From Longimicrobiales bacterium (lineage in GTDB: Bacteria > Gemmatimonadota > Gemmatimonadetes > Longimicrobiales > Gaopeijiaceae): a stretch of 64,000 bases of DNA. The stretch spans positions 446,098 through 510,097 of the forward strand of contig CBDCNQ010000003.1 of the NCBI GenBank assembly GCA_965219445.1, in the 5' to 3' direction. How positions within the stretch are numbered: the first letter of the stretch is position 1; the number at the start of each line of letters is the position of its first letter. The notes beneath the pieces were generated by a model, which worked only from the letters and a program-made list of their open reading frames with translations, did no database searches and was not told the origin of the DNA. A program made the position numbers and the translations under genes. Below, piece after piece: positions 39,709 through 48,595 of this stretch.

Positions 39709-40944
39709 TCAGGCCCGCCGCAGCACCAGGGTGGCGTTCGACCCCCCGAAAGCGAACGAGTTCGAGAGGGCGACCTCGAGCTCCGGAGCATCGCGACCCA
39801 CACCGGCCACGCAGTCGAGATCGCAAGCGGGATCCGGCACCGTCAGGTTGGCGGTTGGCGGGATCCGGCCCTCGTGAAGCGCCAGCGCTGTAATCGCGCA
39901 CTCGAGGGCGCCGGATGCTCCCACGAGGTGTCCATGCATGGACTTGGTCGAACTGACGGCGATGCCCTGGGCCGCGGCCCCGAACGCCCCTTTGATCGCT
40001 TCGATCTCGACCGGATCGCCCGCTGGGGTCCCCGTCGCATGAGCATTGATATAGCCCACTGCATCGGCGGGGAGCCCCGCATCTTCAAGAGCGTTCCGAA
40101 TGGCGCACTCCTGACCGTCCACCGACGGTTCCGTGAGCTTGTGCGCGTCGCTCGAAGCGCCGAATCCGGCGATCTCTGCGAGCAACTCGGCCCCTCGTGC
40201 CGTGGCTCGCTCCTCGCTCTCGAGAATGAGCGTGGCTGCCCCCTCTCCCAGCACGAGGCCGGTACGCTCCAGGTCGAACGGACGACAGGACGCCCTTGCA
40301 CCATCCGCGTGCTCCTTGGCGATCACACCGACAGCCTGCCATGCAGCGACGGACCCGTCGTTGAGCATGGCCTCCGCTCCCCCCGCGATGACCACATCGG
40401 TGTAACCATCCCGGATGGACCTAAAGGCTTCACCGATGGCGACGGATGATGAGGCGCACGCGATCGAGTATGTATGGGCCGGCCCGTAGATTCCGAATTG
40501 CATGCAAACGTGAGAAGCAGGCCCACTGGCCATGATCATAGGGACCGTGGTCGGCCTTCCCCGCCTGGTGCGCCGCTCGAAGTAGATGCTGTAGGAACGT
40601 TGAAGGACTTCGGCTCCTCCAAGCCCGCACCCCATGAACACTCCTGCTTCCTCGGGTCCACGCCCTTCAGACAGGAGACGCGAGTCCTCCAGAGCGTTTC
40701 GGGTGGCGACCACGGCCATTTGTGCCGCCCGCGCCATGAAGAGGCGGTCAACCTTGTTGATTCGGCCGCCAGGCTCAAACTCGATGGAGGCGAGCAGCAC
40801 ATCGGCCCCCATTTCCGGAGTGCCGGATTGGATCATGCGGACGGCAGACTCTCCGCGACAGATCCTCTCGAAGATCGCCGCCGGGTCCTCCCCGTGTGGG
40901 GAAACGAACCCGAGCCCCGTCACGAAGACGCGGCGGCCACGCAT
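39709..40944 (-). CDS. Beta-ketoacyl-ACP synthase (FabF-like) 2
   Basis: SIACASS, YINAHATGT, STKSMHGH, SNSFAFGGSN: intact Cys-His-His triad. Confidence 0.92.
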   Translation of the reverse strand: MRGRRVFVTGLGFVSPHGEDPAAIFERICRGESAVRMIQSGTPEMGADVLLASIEFEPGGRINKVDRLFMARAAQMAVVATRNALEDSRLLSEGRGPEEAGVFMGCGLGGAEVLQRSYSIYFERRTRRGRPTTVPMIMASGPASHVCMQFGIYGPAHTYSIACASSSVAIGEAFRSIRDGYTDVVIAGGAEAMLNDGSVAAWQAVGVIAKEHADGARASCRPFDLERTGLVLGEGAATLILESEERATARGAELLAEIAGFGASSDAHKLTEPSVDGQECAIRNALEDAGLPADAVGYINAHATGTPAGDPVEIEAIKGAFGAAAQGIAVSSTKSMHGHLVGASGALECAITALALHEGRIPPTANLTVPDPACDLDCVAGVGRDAPELEVALSNSFAFGGSNATLVLRRA

Positions 40945-40951
40945 GGGCGGC

Positions 40952-41191
40952 TCAGGCCCCCTGGGCTTGGACGAGTTCCTCCACCAGAGCCGCGGCTTCC
41001 GCAAGCGTCTGAAAGGTGGCGCGCTCCTCGGGAACCTCGATCCCGAATTCGTCCTCAACGTCGAACAGGAGCTCCACGACCGTGAGGGAGTCGAGGCCGA
41101 GCTCGGTCAGCGTCGCCTCTGGTCTGATCGTATTTTGATCGACCTCGTATTTTTCGCTCAACACCTCGGCCAAGAAGGCATAGGGGGTCAC
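40952..41191 (-). CDS. Acyl carrier protein 2
   Basis: LGLDSLTVVELLFDVEDEFGI; SD GGAGG. Confidence 0.93.
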   Translation of the reverse strand: MTPYAFLAEVLSEKYEVDQNTIRPEATLTELGLDSLTVVELLFDVEDEFGIEVPEERATFQTLAEAAALVEELVQAQGA

Positions 41192-41257
41192 GCGCTCACA
41201 CCTCCGAAGAAATAATTCTGTCCCGAAGACATTGAAGACATAATGTACGATCCGACT

Positions 41258-42502
41258 TCATGAGACCATCGCCTTTCGCAGCACCAGCGTCGCATTGCTG
41301 CCACCAAAAGCAAATGAGTTCGTAAGGGCGTACTCCAGGCCCGGCGCCTCTCGGCCGACCAACGGCACGCAATCCAGGTCGCACGCCGGATCGGGATCGG
41401 TGAGGTTCGAGGTGGGAGCGATCCGGCCGGTCTGTAGCGTGCGAACCGTCAACGCGGCCTCCAAGGCGCTCGCGGCACCGATCAGGTGGCCGTGAACCGA
41501 TTTCGTTGAGCTTATAGCCAGCTTGTCGGTGTGCGAGCCGAACGTGTCCCTGATGGCCTCCGCCTCCACTCGGTCTCCCAGGATCGTGCCCGTAGCATGT
41601 GCATTGACATACCCGACACGTTCGTCCGAAACGGCGGCGTCCTCCAGCGCCAGGCGCATGGCACGAGCCTGACCGTCCGGAGAAGGCTCCGTAAGGTTAT
41701 ACGCATCACTGGAGACCCCGTAGCCCACGATCTCTGCCAGGGGCTCGGCACCTCTGGCTCGAGCTGCGCTTTCGCTCTCGAGCACCAGAACAATGGCGCC
41801 CTCCCCGAGCACCAGGCCTGTACGGTGGGTGTCGAACGGCCGGCTTGAAGCTTCGGCTCCGGTCACATGCTCCCTCGCGAGGACGCTCAGTTCCCCCCAG
41901 GCGGCCAGGGTCCCGGCGTTGAGTTGAGCTTCGGCGCCGCCGGCTACGACCGTATCCAGGTAGCCATGTCGAATCGCACGGAACGCCTCGCCGATCGCGG
42001 CGGCAGAGGAGACGCACGCGATGGAATAGGTCACGGTCGGGCCGAAAATTCCATATTGCATGGAGATGTGGGAGGCCGGGCCACTCGCCATGATCATCGG
42101 GGTGGTGGCGGCTCTCAGCCTCCTGGGCGGATTCGCCAAATAACGCTCATAGTGGGCCTGAAGCTCTTCGGAGCCCCCCAATCCACACCCAATGTAAATC
42201 CCCGCCTCTGCCGGTCCGGCGCCGGATACCAACAGGCCTGATCCCTCCAGGGCATGATGCGCGGCGACAACCGCCATCTTGCTGGCCCGTGACATATAGC
42301 GTCCCTGCAGCCTGGGGATCAGGGGGTCGGGGTCGAAGTCGACGGGCGAGAGAAGCATGTCCCTCCTCGACCCGTTGGCTTCGACCTGCACCTTCTGGAT
42401 CGCGGATTCTCCGGCAAAAACCTGATCGAACACCTCGTTCAGGTCGTCCCCGTGAGGAGATACAACGCCGATTCCTGTGATGTACGTGCGGCGCAGGGGC
42501 AC
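41258..42502 (-). CDS. Beta-ketoacyl-ACP synthase (FabF-like) 1
   Basis: SIACVSS, YVNAHATGT, STKSVHGH, TNSFAFGGSN. Confidence 0.92.
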   Translation of the reverse strand: MPLRRTYITGIGVVSPHGDDLNEVFDQVFAGESAIQKVQVEANGSRRDMLLSPVDFDPDPLIPRLQGRYMSRASKMAVVAAHHALEGSGLLVSGAGPAEAGIYIGCGLGGSEELQAHYERYLANPPRRLRAATTPMIMASGPASHISMQYGIFGPTVTYSIACVSSAAAIGEAFRAIRHGYLDTVVAGGAEAQLNAGTLAAWGELSVLAREHVTGAEASSRPFDTHRTGLVLGEGAIVLVLESESAARARGAEPLAEIVGYGVSSDAYNLTEPSPDGQARAMRLALEDAAVSDERVGYVNAHATGTILGDRVEAEAIRDTFGSHTDKLAISSTKSVHGHLIGAASALEAALTVRTLQTGRIAPTSNLTDPDPACDLDCVPLVGREAPGLEYALTNSFAFGGSNATLVLRKAMVS

Positions 42503-42507
42503 GCCGC

Positions 42508-42747
42508 TCAGAGTCCCTTGGCCTCGATCAACTCGTCGGCTAGGGCTGCCGCCTCACCTAGGGTGGAAAAATTAACCTGCTCGGTTGAGAACTTGATACC
42601 GAACTCATCCTCTAATTCCCGCACCATCTCCATCGTGGAAAGGGAGTCCAGGCCCAGACCGGTCGGCGATGCCTCCGGGACCAACTCACCGGCGCTCACG
42701 CCAAATTCCTCCACCAAGAGCTTGACGAGAAAATCATGCGACTTCAA
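42508..42747 (-). CDS. Acyl carrier protein 1
   Basis: TTG start after SD GGAGG; LGLDSLSTMEMVRELEDEFGI. Confidence 0.9.
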   Translation of the reverse strand: MKSHDFLVKLLVEEFGVSAGELVPEASPTGLGLDSLSTMEMVRELEDEFGIKFSTEQVNFSTLGEAAALADELIEAKGL

Positions 42748-42835
42748 CGGCGGCCTCCAACCTGTTTTTGAGCAAGTATCGTGGGGGGGTCGGTTTAACA
42801 TATCATCCACGGGCGATTCGCGCCCGTTTGGGTAT

Positions 42836-43855
42836 CTATAGCCAACCTTCCCGTCGGTACCATGCGCCCGTGATCCGTGTTCCCTCGTCGAAGGAAATGC
42901 GAGGTTTCCAGCCAAGCGCGGCTTGCGCTTCCGCTGAGTCGCAAACCCAGTGTGGGGCTAATAACTCGTTCAGCTTGTCCCGTGTCAACATGACCGCACG
43001 TCCCATGACCCTTCCGTAGAGTTCGCTTCCCAGAGCCGCCCCATACATAAAGAAGCGGGGCACCGGAATGCGCAACCAGGCGCGCCTACCGAGCGCGTTT
43101 TCGATGTGGGAAACCAGTCCTCCCAGAGTCTCCAGGCGTCCGTCCTCGACGAAAAATGTAGAGCCGCTAGGCACCTTGGCTTCCAGCGCCTTGATACACG
43201 CAGTCGCGCAGTCGGCGGCGAAGATAGCACTCATCCGGGAACTCGGCGAACCCGTCAAAGGAAGGACGCCCAGCTGTACGGACTTGAAGAAGGGAAGGGT
43301 CTCCCGATCTCGGGGTCCATAGATCATGGGAGGTCTGATGATGGTGATGGAAAGCGAGTCTGCCAGTGCTCGCGCGGCCTGTTCTGCGGCCAGCTTGCTC
43401 CGCCCATAGTGGGTCACGGGATTGGGAGACGCCTCCGCGTGGACGGGACGTCCGTCCTCGCTCGGCCCCATCACCGCCAACGACGAGACCAACACGAAGC
43501 GCCCGATATCCGGAGCATTTTTTTTTGCCGCATGGAGCAGATTAGCAGTCCCCTGCGCGTTCGTCTCGTGGAAGTCGGCGGGCTCCCTGGCCTTCACCAA
43601 ACCAGCGGCGTGGATAATCCCCTCCACACCCTCCGTCGCCGCAAGTAAGCTCGCCTTGTCGCTCATAGCCCCGGACAGAAGTGTCACATGCTCGAGGCCC
43701 TCCAGAAATCGGGTATCACTCGTCGGACGGACCAATGCACGGACCTCGGCACCCTGTTGATCGAGTTGCTCGGCAATATGAGAGCCGAGAAATCCCGAGG
43801 CTCCGGTCAGCAAGATTCGCAAAGACTTTCGTCCCCTCTTGGGCTGATCGTCCAA
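42836..43855 (-). CDS. Extended-SDR NAD(P)-dependent reductase; putative ceramide/3-oxo reductase (CerR-like)
   Basis: TGASGFLG, HAAG, VSSLA, YGRSK, RPPMIYGPRD; directly downstream of spt. Confidence 0.72.
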   Translation of the reverse strand: MDDQPKRGRKSLRILLTGASGFLGSHIAEQLDQQGAEVRALVRPTSDTRFLEGLEHVTLLSGAMSDKASLLAATEGVEGIIHAAGLVKAREPADFHETNAQGTANLLHAAKKNAPDIGRFVLVSSLAVMGPSEDGRPVHAEASPNPVTHYGRSKLAAEQAARALADSLSITIIRPPMIYGPRDRETLPFFKSVQLGVLPLTGSPSSRMSAIFAADCATACIKALEAKVPSGSTFFVEDGRLETLGGLVSHIENALGRRAWLRIPVPRFFMYGAALGSELYGRVMGRAVMLTRDKLNELLAPHWVCDSAEAQAALGWKPRISFDEGTRITGAWYRREGWL

Positions 43856-43900
43856 TCCCGTCGAGGCGAACTACGCCCTCGCACAGGGTTCGCGGCCAAC

Positions 43901-45124
43901 TCAGATCACCCCGAGCTTCCTACCAGCGCTTCGGAGGGCTTCGAGGCCTCGATCGAGATGTTCGCCTTCATGGGTGGCCATGTAGCTGGTACGCAATAAG
44001 GAGTGACGTGGCCGCACGCCCGGCGAGATAAATGGGTTCGTGTACACGGAGTGATCCTCCAGTAGCGTCCTCCAAAACTCCAGCGTCCGCGAATTATCCC
44101 GAATGTAGATCGGGATTATGGCACTCTCGGTGTCACTCAACTCGAAGCCCATCCCCGCGAGCTCGTCCTTCATGTAGCTGTAATTCTCCCTCAACTTTTC
44201 AATTCTCCAGGTCTCTTCTTGCATCACGTCGAATGCGGCCATTGCGGCCGCGATACTGGACGGTGCGCCACTGGCCGCGAACATGAAAGAAGGTGCAAAA
44301 TGCCTGATGTAATCCAGAACCTTGCGCTCTCCGACGAGATACCCGCCGACACTGGCCAGGGATTTGCTGAAGGTGCCTCCGATCAGGTCGACCTCACCCT
44401 CCAATCCGAAGTAATGCGCAGTGCCGCGGCCCCCCGGTCCGGTCACTCCGAACGCGTGCGCGTCGTCCACGAAAAGTCTCGCCCCATGCTCCTTGATTAC
44501 CGGAACGAGATCGTCGAGCCTCGCGATATCCCCCTCGACGCTGAACACGCCATCCGTCATCACGAGTGCGCATTCATCGGTGTTGAGCTTGGAGAGAGCG
44601 CGGTCCAAAGAAGCCGCCACGTTGTGCCTGAACCGAACCATGCGCCCGCCCGATGCCTGGCCCAGCCGTACGCCGTCGTAGATCGACGCATGCACACTCC
44701 GGTCGAGCACGGCGACGTTGTTCTCCCCGCCGAGCAAGGCGGAGCCTACGGCGAGGTTCACTTGATAACCCGTGGTGAAGACGAGTGCGGACTCTCTCCC
44801 ATAGAATGAGGCGATTTTCTCTTCGAATTCGCCATGCAGCATCATGGATCCATTCACAAAGCGAGAACCCGTCATGCTCGTTCCGAACCTGGCGATGGCG
44901 GCGACTGCCGCTTCCCGGACCTTGGGGTGCGTCGTCAGGCCCAAGTAGTTGTTCGAACCGAACATCGTCACACGCTTGCCGTCGATCACGGCCTCGGGTC
45001 CGTCGTTGTAGTCGAAAGGCTTGAAATACGGGTAGACGCCCGCCTTCCTGGCGTCGTCCGCAGCTCGGAACGTGAACGCCTTGCTCAAAACATCGGACGC
45101 GAGATCGGAGGCGCTTTCAGACAC
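43901..45124 (-). CDS. spt: Serine palmitoyltransferase (alpha-oxoamine synthase)
   Basis: YPYF, MFGSNNYLGL, GSRFVNG, TTGYQVN, HASIYDG, DDAH, GTFSKSLAS; clustered with ACPs, CerR-like and bCerS-like genes. Confidence 0.82.
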   Translation of the reverse strand: MSESASDLASDVLSKAFTFRAADDARKAGVYPYFKPFDYNDGPEAVIDGKRVTMFGSNNYLGLTTHPKVREAAVAAIARFGTSMTGSRFVNGSMMLHGEFEEKIASFYGRESALVFTTGYQVNLAVGSALLGGENNVAVLDRSVHASIYDGVRLGQASGGRMVRFRHNVAASLDRALSKLNTDECALVMTDGVFSVEGDIARLDDLVPVIKEHGARLFVDDAHAFGVTGPGGRGTAHYFGLEGEVDLIGGTFSKSLASVGGYLVGERKVLDYIRHFAPSFMFAASGAPSSIAAAMAAFDVMQEETWRIEKLRENYSYMKDELAGMGFELSDTESAIIPIYIRDNSRTLEFWRTLLEDHSVYTNPFISPGVRPRHSLLRTSYMATHEGEHLDRGLEALRSAGRKLGVI

Positions 45125-45224
45125 CTTGGATCCAGCGGCCGATTGGATGGTCGATCCGATACCTGATGAAAGAACGGGTAAGGAGAGTCATGTGTGATGG
45201 AAGGGGGTCGGGTAGCGTCCCAGG

Positions 45225-45254
45225 AGCTTAGGGGCATCGATCGCCTCACGTCAA
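45225..45254 (-). promoter_or_regulatory. Putative internal sigma70 promoter upstream of spt
   Basis: TTGACG-N18-TAAGCT in the 161-bp gap. Confidence 0.45.
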
Positions 45255-45285
45255 ACCAAAGGGCAAGCCGCCTCACCACTGGGAC

Positions 45286-45981
45286 TCAAAGGAAGCTGTA
45301 CAGTAGCACGGCCGAGATACCTGCGCCCGCAGCGAGCCACTTCCAGTTGTCGTGGAAAAAATTGATCACGTGAGTGTCCCACCCCGCCCAGGTGTTCCCG
45401 CGAAGGTGGGCCACGTAGGAGACGTCCCGGTCACCGTGCCCGTGCTCGTCGAGCGAAAGGATTCGCATGCCTTCGCTCGTACCGTGCTCGCGCAGCCGCC
45501 CAGTGAGAAAGAGAGGGCCCGCCGTCGTGAGGACGCGTAGGTGCCGTGGCCACACCTTGCCCCACTTCATGTAGGCCCGCGGAAGCGAGGCGACCGCATG
45601 GTGAAACAGTGAATGACCCTTTACGGAAAGCATGAATTGGTTCGATACGCCGAAGGGCGTCGTCCGTGGAAGTACCACGTCGGCGTCGAGGAGTGCATCG
45701 ATCGGGCGGAGACACACCAGGTCCAGATCCGCGTAAACCCCTCCGAACTCTCTGAGAATGACGTACCTCGCTGCATCGACTCTCTGAATGGCGTCGGGAT
45801 ACTTCTCATACAGGGGGACGAGTTCGGGTGCACGTTCCCGCATGAGTGCCGCTAGATCCTTGTCGGTCCAGAAGCGGTACTCCCAGTCGGGGTGCGCCTC
45901 CCGCCAACTGCGCTGGGCATCGAGGAACCGGCCCGGGACGTCCCGATCCTTCCAGGTCTGATGAATCACGCGTGGAATCAT
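45286..45981 (-). CDS. GT32 DXD glycosyltransferase (Och1/Sur1-like) with C-terminal TM
   Basis: MIPRVIHQTWK, HPDWEYRFWTD, DAARYVILREFGGVYADLD, AGPLFLT. Confidence 0.85.
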   Translation of the reverse strand: MIPRVIHQTWKDRDVPGRFLDAQRSWREAHPDWEYRFWTDKDLAALMRERAPELVPLYEKYPDAIQRVDAARYVILREFGGVYADLDLVCLRPIDALLDADVVLPRTTPFGVSNQFMLSVKGHSLFHHAVASLPRAYMKWGKVWPRHLRVLTTAGPLFLTGRLREHGTSEGMRILSLDEHGHGDRDVSYVAHLRGNTWAGWDTHVINFFHDNWKWLAAGAGISAVLLYSFL

Positions 45982-47126
45982 GGCGAGGGACCGAGCGGCT
46001 TCTCGTAGATGCGCCACCGTTTATAGGGCTCCAAGTCCATCCCCTCGAGGGGTGCGGTCAGTGACTCATTGTCCTCGAGAATCCACGACGCCTCCGCTCC
46101 TTCAGCACGGATTCTCGTCGCACGGTGGGCCACCTCGAGGGCAAAGAGCGGGAAAAAGCCCCGGTTCTGGTATTCTCGCCTGAGCCCCAACAGGACGATG
46201 CGCCCGTTGACGACCTTGGGGAGTCCGATGAGGAGGCGGACGATATTCCACGGCCAAAGCCGTCCGGACGGTATCCGGCGAAGCACACGGTTCATGTCCC
46301 GGGCGATCATGATGAAGCCGACTGTCTTTCCATCGAGTTCCGCTATGAACGCGAAATCGGGATGCAGGACCGACTTCAGATCCTTCGCGATATGCCAAAA
46401 CTCCTCCCAAGACGGGGGGACGAAGCCCCAGTTCCCGTCCCATGCGTCGCAGTACAGGTCGAAGGCCTCTCTCACCTCCTCTTCCATCGTGTCGAAGTCC
46501 CACGCCCGGAAAACGAGGCGGGTCCTCTGAAGGGTCCTCTCTGCAAGCCGGCGCACCCGATCAGGAAACTCCATTTCGTCCCCGGCTGGTAGATAATACC
46601 CAAGGAGGTCCCGGGCACGGGAATAGCCGGCCCGCTCGATCAAGGAGCCATAGTATGCCGGGTTCCAGGGTGTCATGATCACCGGTGGGAAGTCGAACCC
46701 GTCGACGAGGACGCCGCACTCATGGTTCATCGACGGGCTCACTGGACCACGTACTGCATCCAGCCCTCGCTCGGCAAGCCACCCCTCCGCCCGCTCGAAG
46801 AGCGCGTTCGCGGCCTCCTGATCGTCACGACAGTCGAAAAATCCGAAAAACCCGACACGATCATCGTGATATTGGTTGTGCCATCGGTTCTCGATCGCCG
46901 CGACCCTCCCCACGGCCCGGCCATTCCGCCGGGCAATGAAGAGCGCCCGTTCGGCCTTTTGATAGAAAGGGTTGCCACGCCGATCGAGGCCATCCCTTAC
47001 GACCGCTCGTAACGGTGGAATCCAGCCAAGCGAAACAGGTTGATCGTGGACTCTCCAAGCGGTGTCTACAAAACGAGACGTACCCCACCGCCCCTTTACG
47101 TGGATGATCTCGAGGGACCCACTCAC
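45978..47126 (-). CDS. GNAT-fold N-acyltransferase; putative bacterial ceramide synthase (bCerS-like)
   Basis: NPFY, GRVAAI, GFFGFFDC, GPVSPSMN, MTPWNPAYY, WGFVP, SWILEDN, KRWRIYEK; spt context. Confidence 0.75.
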   Translation of the reverse strand: MSGSLEIIHVKGRWGTSRFVDTAWRVHDQPVSLGWIPPLRAVVRDGLDRRGNPFYQKAERALFIARRNGRAVGRVAAIENRWHNQYHDDRVGFFGFFDCRDDQEAANALFERAEGWLAERGLDAVRGPVSPSMNHECGVLVDGFDFPPVIMTPWNPAYYGSLIERAGYSRARDLLGYYLPAGDEMEFPDRVRRLAERTLQRTRLVFRAWDFDTMEEEVREAFDLYCDAWDGNWGFVPPSWEEFWHIAKDLKSVLHPDFAFIAELDGKTVGFIMIARDMNRVLRRIPSGRLWPWNIVRLLIGLPKVVNGRIVLLGLRREYQNRGFFPLFALEVAHRATRIRAEGAEASWILEDNESLTAPLEGMDLEPYKRWRIYEKPLGPSP

Positions 47127-48055
47127 TTGGAGGCGCTGCCCAGTCGACGCACCGTCGTGAAGTAGTGCATGTCCGATTCGCTCCTGAAGAATCGGATGAG
47201 GGAATCGACCAACCATTTCGCCAGAAAGCTATGAGCCTTGGATCTGACCGCTACGAGGGCCGTGTAAATCCATCGGACCAGCGGCCTCAGGAAGGGAAGA
47301 AAGATGAGAAAATTGTCGGAGACGCTCCGGGACAAGGAAAATGAGGGCGATTCGAAAAACGTGAGATTGTCGCTGTGCTGGTCCAGATCGTGCGCTGAGA
47401 AGAGGGCATCGATGTCCTCGTCACTCGAATGTCTTCCAACCTTCTCTCCGATCGAGTCGAGAATGGTTCGGGTCGTCGATCCGTCTCCGTCACGATTCGC
47501 CACGGTCGGGGCAACCGAGCGGTCAGCACCGAGGAATCGCGCAAGCTGCGCCGCAAAGTCGGGCTCCTCGATATTCACAACTAGAAGCTTTCCCTTCCGG
47601 TCACTGAAGTAGCGAATCACGTGTTCATGGTATGAATTCCGGATCCGGACCCACCTCAGCACTGCTTCGTCCCGGTTATCGAGGACCCACCGGTTGATGA
47701 TCCAGGCAACAAACCCGAGTGGAACGTACTTGGTGAGGGCCCAATGAACGGCTTTCCGGGATCGCTCCACCGCCTTGTGTCGGCTTAGCACCCAGTGCTT
47801 CAGCGGTCTCGTGTTGAGGACGAAGAGTGCCTCGGGATAGAGATCATCGAGGTTCTTGATGGAAGCACATCCGCCATCGGTGAACGCCCCGAACGGGTCG
47901 AGTCGGGTTCGATTCTTGATGATCGACCAATCTGTCCATCGCGGCTTATGGGCGGAGCGATAAGAGAGTTGATCGCCCAGGATCCTGTGCAGCGTGGTTG
48001 TGCCGGTCTTGTTGAAGCCGACGCAGAAGACCTTTGGGTGCCCCCGGTCTTGCAC
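47123..48055 (-). CDS. Sulfotransferase (P-loop) with hydrophobic C-terminus
   Basis: KVFCVGFNKTGTTTL, YPEALFVLNTRP...WVLS, YFSDR..LLVVNI; SD GAGGAG. Confidence 0.8.
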   Translation of the reverse strand: MQDRGHPKVFCVGFNKTGTTTLHRILGDQLSYRSAHKPRWTDWSIIKNRTRLDPFGAFTDGGCASIKNLDDLYPEALFVLNTRPLKHWVLSRHKAVERSRKAVHWALTKYVPLGFVAWIINRWVLDNRDEAVLRWVRIRNSYHEHVIRYFSDRKGKLLVVNIEEPDFAAQLARFLGADRSVAPTVANRDGDGSTTRTILDSIGEKVGRHSSDEDIDALFSAHDLDQHSDNLTFFESPSFSLSRSVSDNFLIFLPFLRPLVRWIYTALVAVRSKAHSFLAKWLVDSLIRFFRSESDMHYFTTVRRLGSASK

Positions 48056-48066
48056 AAGCTCCTCTA

Positions 48067-48434
48067 GAAGGCTGTTGAAGGAGTACAGTGGGCCGCGTTG
48101 GGGATGCCACGGCCCCAGATCCTAGGCGGAGCGACGACGCCATAGCCGTAGCTACGGTTAGGAGCTCCAACAACGGAGATGGGGCCGTGCCACCCCAACC
48201 CTCCGACGCGTAAGCTTACGTCACTCATGGTCGTCGGCACAGGGCGGTTGTGCGGTTGATCCTGCGTCTCTCTTCCTCGCCGTAGCGCTGCTACGCCTCG
48301 TCGTCGTTCGTTCTTCGCCTTCGGCTCAGGTGCCGCGGAAACCATTGCTCGACGTCGTACACCATGTCCGCGACCTTGTCTGAACGCGCACAAGCGTCCT
48401 GTGCGCGACCCGCTGTACTCCTTCAACAGCCTTC
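48067..48434. mobile_element. 368-bp MITE-like element with perfect 22-bp terminal inverted repeats
   Basis: GAAGGCTGTTGAAGGAGTACAG (48067-48088) is the exact reverse complement of 48413-48434; internal hairpins; no transposase. Confidence 0.75.
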
Positions 48435-48595
48435 CTGGGTTCACGGGTCCTGAAATTCGGTCCGCCTGGAATCTCAGAGACACCGCTTGCTGAAGCAACG
48501 CCCGCGCCGCAGGTACGACCCCCGAAGGGCAAAGCCGGTCGTTCACTGGCTCGGCCAGTGCTATACTCAACGGTGGAGAGGATTCCAGTAAGGCC

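Noticed and set aside
39709..42747. Type II PKS or aryl-polyene cluster
   Set aside because: Both KS genes retain catalytic triads (no chain-length factor), and there are no cyclase, dehydratase or FabG genes.
43901..45124. BioF or Kbl instead of Spt
   Set aside because: No bio or tdh genes nearby; GTFSKS and FGSNNYLGL plus the ACP, reductase and GNAT context favour Spt, though this needs an assay.
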